Shown: positions 26,920 through 36,745, numbered from the stretch's first letter. The stretch is DNA of 55,851 nucleotides from a virus (IMGVR_UViG_3300020473_000001:1-55851), one strand, 5' to 3'. Made by a program: numbers and translations. Notes: generated by a model from the sequence alone, not told the origin.

Positions 26920-27639
26920 TTAGCAGTCCATAGGCGCTAGTTTAATTACAAGCTCGTAATTGCAGTTACCTCGGCTCGGCTCTTTATAAACTTCAAACGC
27001 ACGTTTGCCAACAACCTGTGACACAGCATCGTCTTCAGACATACCTTGTGGAACCACAACTTCAGTAACTTCAGGGTCGTTAACTTCCATAATGAAACGC
27101 TGTTCATCACTAAGGTCTTTTTCCTTAATGAATACGCCGTCAATTGTTAAACCTTTACGGGGTTTAATTTCCTGGTACGCTTCGTCAACGCAGTCAACGA
27201 AGTTAACGCCGACGTAGTAGCATAAGGTGCATAAATTGTCGCACACAGCCACGCAGTAAGGCGCAATCGGTTTACCCCGTGCAACCGCACCCATAAGCTC
27301 GCCCATTAGCGCGGCATGGCGTACAGTAAGCTGGAGTAGTGTTTTATCGCACTTAGCATTATGGAAATTAAAGTCTGAAGGGGCTTCTAAACCTTGAGGC
27401 GTTGTAACCTTAAGGACTTCGTTTGGCTGCTCGCCTTCCTGCAATAGCTGGATGGTCATAACCACAACTGTATCCCCTACTGCATCCTTAAACATGGCTT
27501 CATCGCAGTCCAGCACCGCTAGACTAACTTCGCCACCTTCTTCGCCACCTTTAAGCATCTGTAACTTAACCGTACTTCCTTCGATTAAGTTACGCCCCAT
27601 AGCCCAATTTCCAATTCCTTTAAGTAGTGTATTTAACAT
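26920..27639 (-). CDS. MazG-like nucleotide pyrophosphohydrolase
   Basis: W...RNL, Q.LK..EE.GE, DAVGD, AY.EIK.RKG..IDGVFIKE. Confidence 0.78.
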   Translation of the reverse strand: MLNTLLKGIGNWAMGRNLIEGSTVKLQMLKGGEEGGEVSLAVLDCDEAMFKDAVGDTVVVMTIQLLQEGEQPNEVLKVTTPQGLEAPSDFNFHNAKCDKTLLQLTVRHAALMGELMGAVARGKPIAPYCVAVCDNLCTLCYYVGVNFVDCVDEAYQEIKPRKGLTIDGVFIKEKDLSDEQRFIMEVNDPEVTEVVVPQGMSEDDAVSQVVGKRAFEVYKEPSRGNCNYELVIKLAPMDC

Positions 27640-27709
27640 TAGATGTTACTCCGTTGGTTTAAAGTAAGGCCCAGTATAACTGAGCCCTTGTACATAGCTA
27701 GATTAAGAC

Positions 27710-30118
27710 CTATTCAACCACCATGAACACATCCCCGCGAGTGTGGTACATGTCCATGACCTTCTTAGGATCCAATTGTACAACCTTACCAGCCCTTTTA
27801 AGTTCCTCAATAGTTTCACGTATTACCTGAATACTACGTTTATATCGAGTATCTTTAAAAATGGCGCGGCGGGTTGCACGGTTGCTTATATAGTTCCATG
27901 GAATGTGGCGGTTGGTGTGCATGTCACCCGCCCTGCTCCCATAGTTCTGCGGGTTGCTTACATTAAAGAAGCCAATCATTATTTCGCGTAATGTTTCCAT
28001 AGCTTCGTTTTCAGTACCATCCGCAATTTCACCATTCGTAACCGCACTGCGAACAATTGAATGGTGATGGCGCAATAACTGCAAACCCCAATCGACATGC
28101 TCTTTTGTGATTACTGGCTGGCTAGGGCAGTCCATAGCAGCAATTAACCCGCAAACCTTCATTAACTTAAGGTTGGCCCGTGTCCAAAGAGAGTTGACTA
28201 TATCGTCCTCACCTTTGGTGGCGTTAGCCTCGTCCGTGCATTTGCGGCTAAAGTCTGCAAAGAACTTTGAGCTATAGTCGTCTTGCATAATGGGCACAGT
28301 ATCCACATAATTAGGATCCATTAGTGCGCGGGTAACGCCCAAGGTTGCTTGCTCCAAATGGTTAAGCAAATGCTCTGGCGGTAACACAGCGTTATAAGCC
28401 GTGTCGTAAGGAATATCCCCATCATAGCGCAGTAGCATGAAGCGCGATATAAAGCCATCAGTGAACATGTCGCGCGTAATACTTTGGAAGAACGGCTCGG
28501 GTACTGACTCACCCAAAAAGCTAAACGCCACCGAGTGATTAATGTCAATGCTGTTCTCGTTCTTTGAGTAGCGCAAGCCGCCCACTACATCGTATTGACC
28601 GGACTTACTGTAAACGTCCGTCATCTGTTCACGTACCGTTGCCAGTGCGCCCCCTTGGTTATCCACGCTCACCATGTTTTTGAATATCTTACCGAACTCA
28701 CTTAAGCACTGGCAAAAGCTGGTTCGCGTTTGGAATTCATTAAACATTGCGTTCTCGTGGGTAAAGCGCTTTGTCATTATAAAGTTCCGTGCGCCTACTA
28801 TACCCTTGTGCCGTTCAAGCATTGTCATAAGCGCTTCAGGGTTCCGCGACAGTGCGCTTTTACCCGTACCACTGGGCGCTAGTACCATAAAGTAATTGTT
28901 TAGCCCCGTGCCGCTTATATTGTAGCATCGGCCGAACAAGCCACTGGCTACCGCTAAGGCTTCCGCAATAGCAAATTCCTTGATTGGCTTTAGCGACTGC
29001 CCGTAAAAGTAGCGGGCCAACTCGCCCAACATTCCAGGCGGGTAATCAATATCGCTCACGTGGCTGCTTTCGCCTAGCAACTGGTCAGCCTTAACACGCT
29101 CAGCGTCCTCAATTAGCTTTTCAGCTTCCTTCTGGCGCTCAGGGTTGAACTGGCTAAGTACAGCCGCCGCCTTTTGCTGCTCCACCTTGTTCTGGTGTTC
29201 GCGTTCCTCACGGTCACGTGCGTTCTTAGCTTGGGCAAAACCTAACGCCCGCTTAAGCTTGTACTCGCTTCCGTGGTTGCGCTGCTTGCGGTGCTGTTCC
29301 TTAAAGTTGCCAGGATAGCGGCGTGTAATGTCGCCTAACGCGCTGTTCCACCATAGGCGCTTACATTGCTCCACGTTAGGGGTAAAGTAGTTGACAATCG
29401 TCATAAAGGCGCTGTCTGCTTGGCTGGCATCAAACTCGTATTCGCTAACGCCCAACTGCTTATTCATAATTTCGCAGTAGGTCGCCCAGTCGCCATCCAT
29501 TAAGCATTTAAACTTACCACTGTGGTCATGCTCGTAACACTTAGCAATAACTTCCTCGTCGCTAAGCTTTTGCTCACCATCGGCCAGATCATAGTCAACA
29601 GCTTCCGAGGCCCGTTCATTAAAGAACTCGATAACGCTTTGGTCGTACACCATAGGCTTGTCTACAATGACGTTGCCCGTACATATAATAAAGCGCTCTT
29701 TACTGTACACTTCAATAGTGGCGGTTTTAATAGCTCCGCGTATTTCACCCTTCAGCCAAATGTGCAACCCGTTACCGCTCCGGCTAACCTCAGTATAACT
29801 AGCAAGGTCTTCCATCAGCTTGTGGTTGCTGGCAGATTGGGAAATAGGCGTATCCTCTTTAGTGTCCAAATCAATACAAGTAAAGCCATCGCCTTCGGTC
29901 AAAACAAAACCAAATCCGCGATCGGGGTACTTGTGCAATAGTGGCTCTAACTGCTCAAACGTCAATAGGTGTTGGTGATCGTGTATGCTAATACGCTGCA
30001 CATGTCCATTCACTAGCGCGTGTGGACTTTTGCACCAACTAGGGTCGGGTTCTTGGTCACGCCCTGTTAAACACCACCGTCGAGCAAGCCGTAGCTCTAA
30101 CGGAATGTTATTGTGCAT
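27710..30118 (-). CDS. Primase (prim-pol N-terminus) fused to a P-loop/DUF3987-like domain
   Basis: G.GFVL, IDLD, Y.EVS.SG.GLHI, E.YS..RF..TG; APSGTGKS. Confidence 0.85.
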   Translation of the reverse strand: MHNNIPLELRLARRWCLTGRDQEPDPSWCKSPHALVNGHVQRISIHDHQHLLTFEQLEPLLHKYPDRGFGFVLTEGDGFTCIDLDTKEDTPISQSASNHKLMEDLASYTEVSRSGNGLHIWLKGEIRGAIKTATIEVYSKERFIICTGNVIVDKPMVYDQSVIEFFNERASEAVDYDLADGEQKLSDEEVIAKCYEHDHSGKFKCLMDGDWATYCEIMNKQLGVSEYEFDASQADSAFMTIVNYFTPNVEQCKRLWWNSALGDITRRYPGNFKEQHRKQRNHGSEYKLKRALGFAQAKNARDREEREHQNKVEQQKAAAVLSQFNPERQKEAEKLIEDAERVKADQLLGESSHVSDIDYPPGMLGELARYFYGQSLKPIKEFAIAEALAVASGLFGRCYNISGTGLNNYFMVLAPSGTGKSALSRNPEALMTMLERHKGIVGARNFIMTKRFTHENAMFNEFQTRTSFCQCLSEFGKIFKNMVSVDNQGGALATVREQMTDVYSKSGQYDVVGGLRYSKNENSIDINHSVAFSFLGESVPEPFFQSITRDMFTDGFISRFMLLRYDGDIPYDTAYNAVLPPEHLLNHLEQATLGVTRALMDPNYVDTVPIMQDDYSSKFFADFSRKCTDEANATKGEDDIVNSLWTRANLKLMKVCGLIAAMDCPSQPVITKEHVDWGLQLLRHHHSIVRSAVTNGEIADGTENEAMETLREIMIGFFNVSNPQNYGSRAGDMHTNRHIPWNYISNRATRRAIFKDTRYKRSIQVIRETIEELKRAGKVVQLDPKKVMDMYHTRGDVFMVVE

Positions 30119-30374
30119 CTTTACTCTTCAGTGTTTTGTAAGCGTTGACTAGGTTGTTGAGTTGTTCGTTGCGTTCCCACACGTAGCTATTTCCGACAGG
30201 GATTGCCATTCCGCCGTAACGTTTCATTAGAGCGATGGCAGTTGGGCGGCTCGCACCTGTAACGTTCATTACTTCCTGTACTGTGTAGTACCGTGCGTTG
30301 AACCTGTCTAGTTCGGTTTCAGTAACTGGTTGGGCCGTGAAGTGGCCTCCCAGCGCGTCACTTAAATTAGCCAT
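30108..30374 (-). CDS. Small HTH-like DNA-binding protein
   Basis: YYTVQEV...TG.SR.T pattern; RBS ggag; first gene of the leftward operon. Confidence 0.6.
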   Translation of the reverse strand: MANLSDALGGHFTAQPVTETELDRFNARYYTVQEVMNVTGASRPTAIALMKRYGGMAIPVGNSYVWERNEQLNNLVNAYKTLKSKDAQ

Positions 30375-30499
30375 TGTTTTACTCCGTTTTGTAGGTGTGC
30401 GGCTAATATATGCCTTTATTATAGGTTTCACAAGCTTTTTGGGATAAACCGTAAGCTGGCTTAATGGTGTAGGTACAAGACTTTACAAATGCGAGTGTT

Positions 30500-31290
30500 T
30501 TTGTGCGTTCATTAAGGTTTTTTACGTTTAATTTTCTTACAGATCATTAAAAAACTTTAATTTAAGTCCTTAGGCGGTGCTGTATAACAGATTTGTAAAA
30601 TTAATGATTAAGTAAATTTTACGGTTGCGGTGTTGTTTTTAACGTATGTAAAGAGGCTTTTATTATTTCCGTGTTGCGTTTAATAAGCGATTTTGTGAAA
30701 TGTTTGATGGGGGTGATGACAAAACGCTGTAAGTTATTGTTTTTAGTAGAAAAAACGGCGTCACCCCAATTTTAGGCCGTCACCCACACCCCCTAGGTCT
30801 GAGGGTATGTGGGGGGATATTTGGGGTGATGTCTGCAAAAATCTATAAAAAAATGTATATTTTTATGTCTAAAAGGAATTATATCTAAATATCTAGAATT
30901 ATACTTATATAAATATATATATATTTTTTATATATATATTAATAAGTTAACATTTTTATTTTTAAACAATTCCTTTAATTTTCGTTCCAAAAAGTGAAAT
31001 TCTAAAGAAGTTTAATGATCATTAACGTCAAACATATCGAAGGGTGATGCTAGGGTGACGTTGGGGTGATGGTCGGCCGAAATCAGCTAGACCGATTTTA
31101 CCATATCCAGCCAAACCTTAACGTTAGGTAAGAAAACTGCGGATCATTAAAAAACACCCTTGGAACCTATTTACCGATCATTAAATCGGCTTAAAAACGG
31201 TTGAATTTGGGGTGATGAGTGGTTAGATGGCGCTTAAAGATTAAGGAAAACACGTGAACCATTAAAATAACTTTGCAATCATTAAGAACT
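30500..31290. other. Non-coding AT-rich region with GGGTGA(T/C)G and TCATTAA repeats; candidate replication origin or divergent control region
   Basis: No credible ORF; AT-rich tract at about 30840-31010 flanked by repeats; sits at the strand switch. Confidence 0.6.
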
Positions 31291-31330
31291 ATAAATATAC
31301 TAGGAGTTGAGTTAAAAAGAAGGAGCATTT

Positions 31331-31585
31331 ATGCGAGAACTCATAGTACGTACTACCCAAAACTTCCAAACTTACACCTTAGTAGTGAACGAGAAGGAAG
31401 CCGTTATATACTGCGAAAGCGGGATGCAGACAACGCCGACGCAGTTTGTGGTCACACGCAGGTCAGGTGATGCTGATGCAGCACTAAAACGCATCCATGA
31501 GCAGTACCTTAACAACCCGCAAATGAGCAACGATGAATTTCGTCATCTTGTAAACCAACACCTAACCCGTTACGGTTGGTATTAA
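31331..31585 (+). CDS. Hypothetical early protein
   Basis: RBS aaggag; followed by a hairpin. Confidence 0.75.
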   Translation: MRELIVRTTQNFQTYTLVVNEKEAVIYCESGMQTTPTQFVVTRRSGDADAALKRIHEQYLNNPQMSNDEFRHLVNQHLTRYGWY

Positions 31586-31591
31586 TCATTC

Positions 31592-31609
31592 AGGGGGCTT
31601 CGGCCCCTT
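31592..31609 (+). terminator. Hairpin ggggc-ttcg-gcccc
   Basis: UUCG tetraloop; the same stem-loop follows the capsid gene. Confidence 0.55.
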
Positions 31610-31624
31610 ACTTAGGAATTAAAA

Positions 31625-32125
31625 ATGAAATCTACAATATTAACGTTTAGTTTTGAAAACACCAATCAGCCGCGCGTGGTTGTGGACTGTGTCGATACTG
31701 ATAACGGTGTTTATGATGGCGGACCAACACAACTCGCTAAAGCCACAAGGCAAACCCTCAGGTGTAAGGATTTTGAATGGAACTTCGCCAATCCCCATGA
31801 AGCTGACATAGTTCATAACGTGCTACCCAATAGCGATATGATGCACTTCAGAACAGTGCAGGACATTTTTTATAAGGTTACATGGTCGGTACACCTCAGT
31901 CATAGCGACTACATTGTTTTTGATCGATTGGTGCAGGCTGAATGCCATAATGTTGTTACCGCGTGTAAGAATGAAGTGAGACGTGCCAGCCGCCGTATGA
32001 CAGATGAGCAGGAATATAGAGAGGTTGCTGAACGTCTCGCGCATTCATATAGTAAGCGCATTGAACAGTTCCAGTCGCAACCGTGGTGGAAACGTGCATA
32101 CTTGGCTCTATTCAATAAGCTATAA
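31625..32125 (+). CDS. Hypothetical protein
   Basis: 166 aa; RBS agga; ends PWWKR. Confidence 0.75.
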   Translation: MKSTILTFSFENTNQPRVVVDCVDTDNGVYDGGPTQLAKATRQTLRCKDFEWNFANPHEADIVHNVLPNSDMMHFRTVQDIFYKVTWSVHLSHSDYIVFDRLVQAECHNVVTACKNEVRRASRRMTDEQEYREVAERLAHSYSKRIEQFQSQPWWKRAYLALFNKL

Positions 32126-32134
32126 GGGTTTGCC

Positions 32135-32227
32135 ATGCTAGAATTAATTGTGATGGCTTTGGCGCTATTGTCTGCATTGTGCATTCTAGCGCTATTGGTT
32201 ATTGGATTAATCGATATAGGGGGTTAA
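32135..32227 (+). CDS. 30-aa membrane peptide (not in the ORF track)
   Basis: MLELIVMALALLSALCILALLVIGLIDIGG; RBS aaggg. Confidence 0.5.
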   Translation: MLELIVMALALLSALCILALLVIGLIDIGG

Positions 32228-32228
32228 T

Positions 32229-32561
32229 GTGAATACTTTACAACTGCCTGAACCGTTATTCATACGATACTTGTACCATCTACAGCAAATTGATTATATT
32301 GACGGTACAGCCTATTACCTTGGGCAAAAGGTTAGCTGCGTGGCTGGCAAACGTTTCATTAATGAGCACGGCCAGAAGTTTATCCGCTATTACTGCAACG
32401 GTGGCATGTACGTGGAAGGCGATTTGGATAAAGTTGAGTTGGCCCGCATCAGGGTTGAGCAGCCTAATCTAGTTTTTATCGATACGGTTGCCAACATCCT
32501 AAACCAGCCAGCCCAGTATATGGAATTTATCATTATGAAAAACAATGCGGGGATATTGTAA
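32229..32561 (+). CDS. Hypothetical protein
   Basis: GTG start after aggggg. Confidence 0.65.
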   Translation: MNTLQLPEPLFIRYLYHLQQIDYIDGTAYYLGQKVSCVAGKRFINEHGQKFIRYYCNGGMYVEGDLDKVELARIRVEQPNLVFIDTVANILNQPAQYMEFIIMKNNAGIL

Positions 32562-32851
32562 TGTCTGAAGCCGATGCACTGGAAGAATGGAGTGACGAGG
32601 ATTTGTATGAGGATTATGAAGATTAGGAATCTATTGGAAGCTACTACGCACAACGGCCTAAGCGACAGCCTAAGCCCACCAAGCGGAAACCAGTGCGCGG
32701 TGCTAAGGCTACGTTACGTTGCCACTGTGGCGCACAGTACAGCGCCCGCGTCGCCGATTTAAAACGGGGTTGGGGGTTTAGCTGTTCCAAAAGCTGTGCC
32801 GCCAAGCGCCGCAAGTACAAACTGCAACCAGCAACAATTCTAGGTGAATAG
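32561..32851 (+). pseudogene. Zn-finger protein (CxCG...ADLKRGWG..CSKSC) interrupted by an in-frame TAG at 32624-32626
   Basis: ATG coupled to the previous stop; the frame stays open for 74 codons after the TAG. Confidence 0.7.
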
Positions 32852-32912
32852 TTCATGCTTGCGCGGGCTGGGTGGAGTGGTAAGCTGGGCCTATATTATT
32901 ACGGAGGTAGAA

Positions 32913-33299
32913 ATGGAAGAAAATAAAGAAGCGGTACTACTGGGTAACATACTGTTTGCCCTGAAGCATATACGCACGTTTGGCCCGCACGATAAAGACT
33001 ATGGTATATGCGCAAACGCGGCGAAAGTGTGCGGCCCTAAAGTGTGGTCATGGTTCACAGAAGATAACGGCCTCTGCAACTATTACGATGTATTGCTCGA
33101 ATGGGAGCATTGGTGTGAAGGTTGCCATACCATGTATCCAATTGAGGAATGGGCAGTAACCTATCACAGCAATAAGTTAAAGTGGGATCCTGAAACTGCG
33201 TACGGGCGTAAACGTTGGCACTTACTAAATCACTTCATAACCTACCTGGAAAGGTTAGGTGTTGAAAGTAATGAAAACTTTTATTACGGGGGTTACTGA
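32913..33299 (+). CDS. Hypothetical protein
   Basis: ATG after ggagg; GIC...W..W...YP pattern. Confidence 0.7.
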   Translation: MEENKEAVLLGNILFALKHIRTFGPHDKDYGICANAAKVCGPKVWSWFTEDNGLCNYYDVLLEWEHWCEGCHTMYPIEEWAVTYHSNKLKWDPETAYGRKRWHLLNHFITYLERLGVESNENFYYGGY

Positions 33300-33303
33300 G
33301 GTT

Positions 33304-33801
33304 ATGAGTGATACATTCGATCACATGGTGGACGCCTACGAAAGTCTGAATTATGATGGTAATTGTGGGGTTGAAGGTGGTGGCGCACCCCCTGACCCAC
33401 TGTTTTACCATGTTAAGATTAAGTTCCTACGTATTAAGGCTGAAACGCCAAAGGCGTATCTATTTGATGTTGGTACTACAGACTTCTGGTGTCCAAAGTC
33501 CATTACCAAGAAGCTGAAGGTTGAGCCTGATGGTTGCGGATCTGTGTATGCGCACCACAAAACATTAATCAAACTATTAAGGGGGGAAACGTTAATGGGA
33601 ACTGACCACAATTCTGAAATTATTTCCATGCTCGATATAGCCAATGACTTTGCATCTGACTTTCCGGACGGTGCTTGGTTTGCTTATATGATGGAGACCG
33701 TTGAGAATTACGAAGATGCGGTTAACGATAAGCGCGCCACCAAATTAACATTTGATGCGCACGAACACGTCATGCGCTGGATAGAACTAAGAGGTGAATA
33801 A
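33304..33801 (+). CDS. Hypothetical protein (ET.KA.L....W.PKS motif)
   Basis: ATG after gagg; an internal RBS+ATG at MGTDH suggests two fused units. Confidence 0.6.
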   Translation: MSDTFDHMVDAYESLNYDGNCGVEGGGAPPDPLFYHVKIKFLRIKAETPKAYLFDVGTTDFWCPKSITKKLKVEPDGCGSVYAHHKTLIKLLRGETLMGTDHNSEIISMLDIANDFASDFPDGAWFAYMMETVENYEDAVNDKRATKLTFDAHEHVMRWIELRGE

Positions 33802-34199
33802 TGAAGGACTTTAATTTTAAATTGGAAATATTACGCAAGCGTTTAGAAATTGAAGAACGCGAAGATGGGGTTTATATTAATCTTACTAAAGATTTAAAAA
33901 TTGAGCTTACTCATCTTGAAGGTTTGCTCAAAGAGCTTATGGCAGTTCAGCAGATGGGTTTACCTAACACCGCCTGCGTGTGGTTGGCTTCTAACTTAAT
34001 CACCCATTGTCAAATCCACGAGGCTTATCAGGAATTCCAAGATGCCATTGGCAACGAAAACCCGTTTGGCTACTGGATTATTTTGACAAGCAAGATAAAC
34101 CAGGAGCGGATAATGTGGTTAAGCTACATTAAAGGGTTTATAGTTTATATTTTGTACTGTGGTAATATTGCCGCAGTACATTCGGAGCTAAGCCCATGA
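33801..34199 (+). CDS. Hypothetical protein
   Basis: Coupled ORF, RBS gaggtg. Confidence 0.65.
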   Translation: MKDFNFKLEILRKRLEIEEREDGVYINLTKDLKIELTHLEGLLKELMAVQQMGLPNTACVWLASNLITHCQIHEAYQEFQDAIGNENPFGYWIILTSKINQERIMWLSYIKGFIVYILYCGNIAAVHSELSP

Positions 34200-34447
34200 T
34201 TAACACAAAGACACTATCCAACATTTTTACAACCACTTCGCTTTCCGCATTTGCCTTTTACAACGCCTTCGAAATTCTTAAAGCCATGAGCCAGGATAAT
34301 TTCGCTATAGTTCTTATATGGCCCGAGCTCATTTTAATGGTAATATCGTTTCTGTTAGTAGTATTTCTTTTAACCCCGTATATTGAGCAGGAAGATTATG
34401 AACGAACGTGTCAAAGCACGCATGATGAAACTGATAGCGCTGACTGA
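34196..34447 (+). CDS. Hypothetical membrane protein
   Basis: ATGA overlap; hydrophobic segments. Confidence 0.6.
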   Translation: MINTKTLSNIFTTTSLSAFAFYNAFEILKAMSQDNFAIVLIWPELILMVISFLLVVFLLTPYIEQEDYERTCQSTHDETDSAD

Positions 34448-34916
34448 GAGTAGTAACAAGTACGAGGCCATTAACGCACAGGCCAAAATAGAGGCGTTGT
34501 GTCGTAAGTACAAAGTGGATATTAACGACCTTACCAGCGAAAAGGAAGAAGTTAAAGAGCGCTTAATTTATTGGTACAACATGCCATATAAAAAGCTGGC
34601 TATCCAAATCCTGTACATGCTGTTCCCGGAGACACCTATCTACAGTAGTAGGGTGAAGCAGAATAACCTTGTTGTGGATTTAAGTGACGGCGACTTTGCC
34701 CAGCTTGAGCTTTACTGGAACGTACTTAAGCCAGCGCTTAAGAAGTACATGGAAAACAGTGTATCGGCATTTATAGCGGCTAATAACCTCTACCCTAAAG
34801 ACGTTGAGCCAGTTGCTAAAGAGTACACTGAGGAAGATTATAAAATTATGGAAATGGCACAGTCAATTGATGCAACCCCAATCCACCAAGCACTGGAGAA
34901 TAAAAATGTCAGTTAG
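34398..34916 (+). CDS. DUF2786-like protein
   Basis: KL.AL..S.N..EA..A......L..KY.. N-terminal pattern. Confidence 0.7.
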   Translation: MNERVKARMMKLIALTESSNKYEAINAQAKIEALCRKYKVDINDLTSEKEEVKERLIYWYNMPYKKLAIQILYMLFPETPIYSSRVKQNNLVVDLSDGDFAQLELYWNVLKPALKKYMENSVSAFIAANNLYPKDVEPVAKEYTEEDYKIMEMAQSIDATPIHQALENKNVS

Positions 34917-35481
34917 TAGTTACCAATTAACAGAAGAATTTATAACGGCACGTGTTGAGCACTTCAAGGCGTGTTTGCACGATGCAGATCCACGCAGCCA
35001 GTACGCAGAACAGGTTAAGACAAAATTCAACCTGGATATGGTTGAAGTTGTTGAGCTCAACCAGGATGAGGAAGCTTACCCTAACCAGTTCCTGCCCAGC
35101 CGTGACACCATTAGCGGGGACTTTATTGAAGGTACGCAGTTCTTTATCATCGATAAGCCCGTGGTGTACGATACAATTCCTTACGGTGGACAGCGCTACC
35201 GCATCGTGCTAAAGGTAGGATTTATTTTTGACGGCGCAAGCATACCGCCTATAGTGTGGTCAATAGCTGGTAGCCCGTTCGTTAATGATGGCGCTGGGCA
35301 GTACCGTCTTGCCGCAGCCATCCATGACGGCCTGTGTGATAAGCACGAACTTCGCTCCACAATCGCCCACAACGTATTCAGCCGTATTCTAGAGCTAGAG
35401 GGGATTAGCCGTTGGCAACGTTTTAAAATGGTCAGCGCCGTTAAAATGTTCGGCCCTACATTCACGGGGCGTTTGCAATGA
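34906..35481 (+). CDS. DUF1353-like protein
   Basis: GF.FDGASIP and AA.IHD.L motifs; RBS ggag. Confidence 0.75.
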   Translation: MSVSSYQLTEEFITARVEHFKACLHDADPRSQYAEQVKTKFNLDMVEVVELNQDEEAYPNQFLPSRDTISGDFIEGTQFFIIDKPVVYDTIPYGGQRYRIVLKVGFIFDGASIPPIVWSIAGSPFVNDGAGQYRLAAAIHDGLCDKHELRSTIAHNVFSRILELEGISRWQRFKMVSAVKMFGPTFTGRLQ

Positions 35482-35762
35482 GCGTCAACGAGTTGTTGTT
35501 CCTTTGGGGTTACGGCCTGCAAAGCGCGGGAATGCTTATATACTGCATTATCGACGTTATACGTGCAAAGCGTTGGGATGCTCGCTTTGGTTCGTACAGC
35601 ACTGAATACTGTATGTGTGGGGAGCGTGTTGATTCCCACACTATCGCCTCAAACCATGCGCCCTTAAGTGAATTTGATTACAGGTATAAAGGGCTCGTTG
35701 AATATCCTTATAAACGTGGAGGCTTCCACTTGCCTTTATTGTATCGTTCTGCTAGCATTTAG
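35478..35762 (+). CDS. Hypothetical protein
   Basis: ATGA overlap; TM segment then CMCG..H....H. Confidence 0.55.
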   Translation: MSVNELLFLWGYGLQSAGMLIYCIIDVIRAKRWDARFGSYSTEYCMCGERVDSHTIASNHAPLSEFDYRYKGLVEYPYKRGGFHLPLLYRSASI

Positions 35763-35791
35763 TTATCGGACATAAGTTAAGGACATTTATT

Positions 35792-35989
35792 ATGAATTTC
35801 GCACAATTACATGACTGGGTTAAATACTGCAACAAGCATAATCAACGTTGTGCAATTATCAACAAGCACACCGCTCAGGCATTACGCATCACCGAGTACG
35901 GACGTGAGCAAGTGCTGGGTGAAGACTTAGCCACTGGCAGTGAAGTGGTTGTTAAAACCAAAGAGCTTGAACACTATGCAGAATTTTAA
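35792..35989 (+). CDS. Hypothetical protein
   Basis: RBS aagga. Confidence 0.6.
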   Translation: MNFAQLHDWVKYCNKHNQRCAIINKHTAQALRITEYGREQVLGEDLATGSEVVVKTKELEHYAEF

Positions 35990-36242
35990 CAACCAGGAAT
36001 TACTTGAGCGGGCTGCTGAGATTATGGGGGAGCCTGCCGAGGAAATGGTGATTATTGTTTGCGACGAAATGTTGCAAACGCTGGCAAAGCATGAGCTGGA
36101 TAAGCAATACGCGATTGTAACTAGCCAGAAGATGCCACCACCTACGCCTTCAACCCCTGCGCCACCAGTACAAAGGTCGCGTAAGGGTAAAGGCGAGCGC
36201 AAACGTGCCGCCCGTAAACAACGCAACCAATGGCGTAAATAA
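35976..36242 (+). CDS. Hypothetical protein with a basic C-terminus
   Basis: MQNFNN...RKGKGERKRAARK. Confidence 0.6.
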   Translation: MQNFNNQELLERAAEIMGEPAEEMVIIVCDEMLQTLAKHELDKQYAIVTSQKMPPPTPSTPAPPVQRSRKGKGERKRAARKQRNQWRK

Positions 36243-36385
36243 GGAATTACTAAATTTGCCCCGCAATCGGGCCTGTATGGCGAAAACAGGCCCGCCCCTA
36301 TACCAACGCATTACCCCGCACATTAAACCCGCTTAAAATGGCTTACAGCGAGTCGAAAATAATTTAAAAATAATTCCAAAAGGGG

Positions 36386-36413
36386 TTGCACCCATGAACC
36401 ATTCCGGTAATAT
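36386..36413 (+). promoter_or_regulatory. Sigma70-like promoter TTGCAC-16-TAATAT
   Basis: A-tract upstream; ACACACATAGACACAA downstream, nearly the same as after the 9958 promoter. Confidence 0.7.
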
Positions 36414-36451
36414 ACACACATAGACACAACGCAACACAAAAAGGTATTAAA

Positions 36452-36733
36452 ATGAACACATCAACCATTACAGTAACCCACGGTGCATATGAACAGGTGG
36501 AATTTCCTAACCCTGATACAATGGGGTATTGCTATGGTACGTGCGGCTACCGTCAGCGGGTTTCGGATGATAACTATAGCGAGTTATGCTGCGCTGGCGA
36601 TAACTGGTGGACGCTAACTGACCTTGAAAGCGACGAGCACACGCTAATTATCCACAAAGGCGACGTGGAGCAAATCAAAAAGCTAATCGCTGCTGAATTT
36701 AAACATTTCAGCGTAACTGTAAACTTTAAGTAA
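36452..36733 (+). CDS. Hypothetical early protein
   Basis: First ORF after the promoter; RBS aagg. Confidence 0.7.
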   Translation: MNTSTITVTHGAYEQVEFPNPDTMGYCYGTCGYRQRVSDDNYSELCCAGDNWWTLTDLESDEHTLIIHKGDVEQIKKLIAAEFKHFSVTVNFK

Positions 36734-36745
36734 GGGGGTAGCAAA

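Noticed and set aside
30700-31220. Short repeats as a CRISPR array
   Set aside because: Repeats are 7-10 bp, irregularly spaced and in both orientations
32624-32626. Genome-wide TAG reassignment
   Set aside because: Core genes are uninterrupted, TAG ends several genes normally, and no suppressor tRNA was seen
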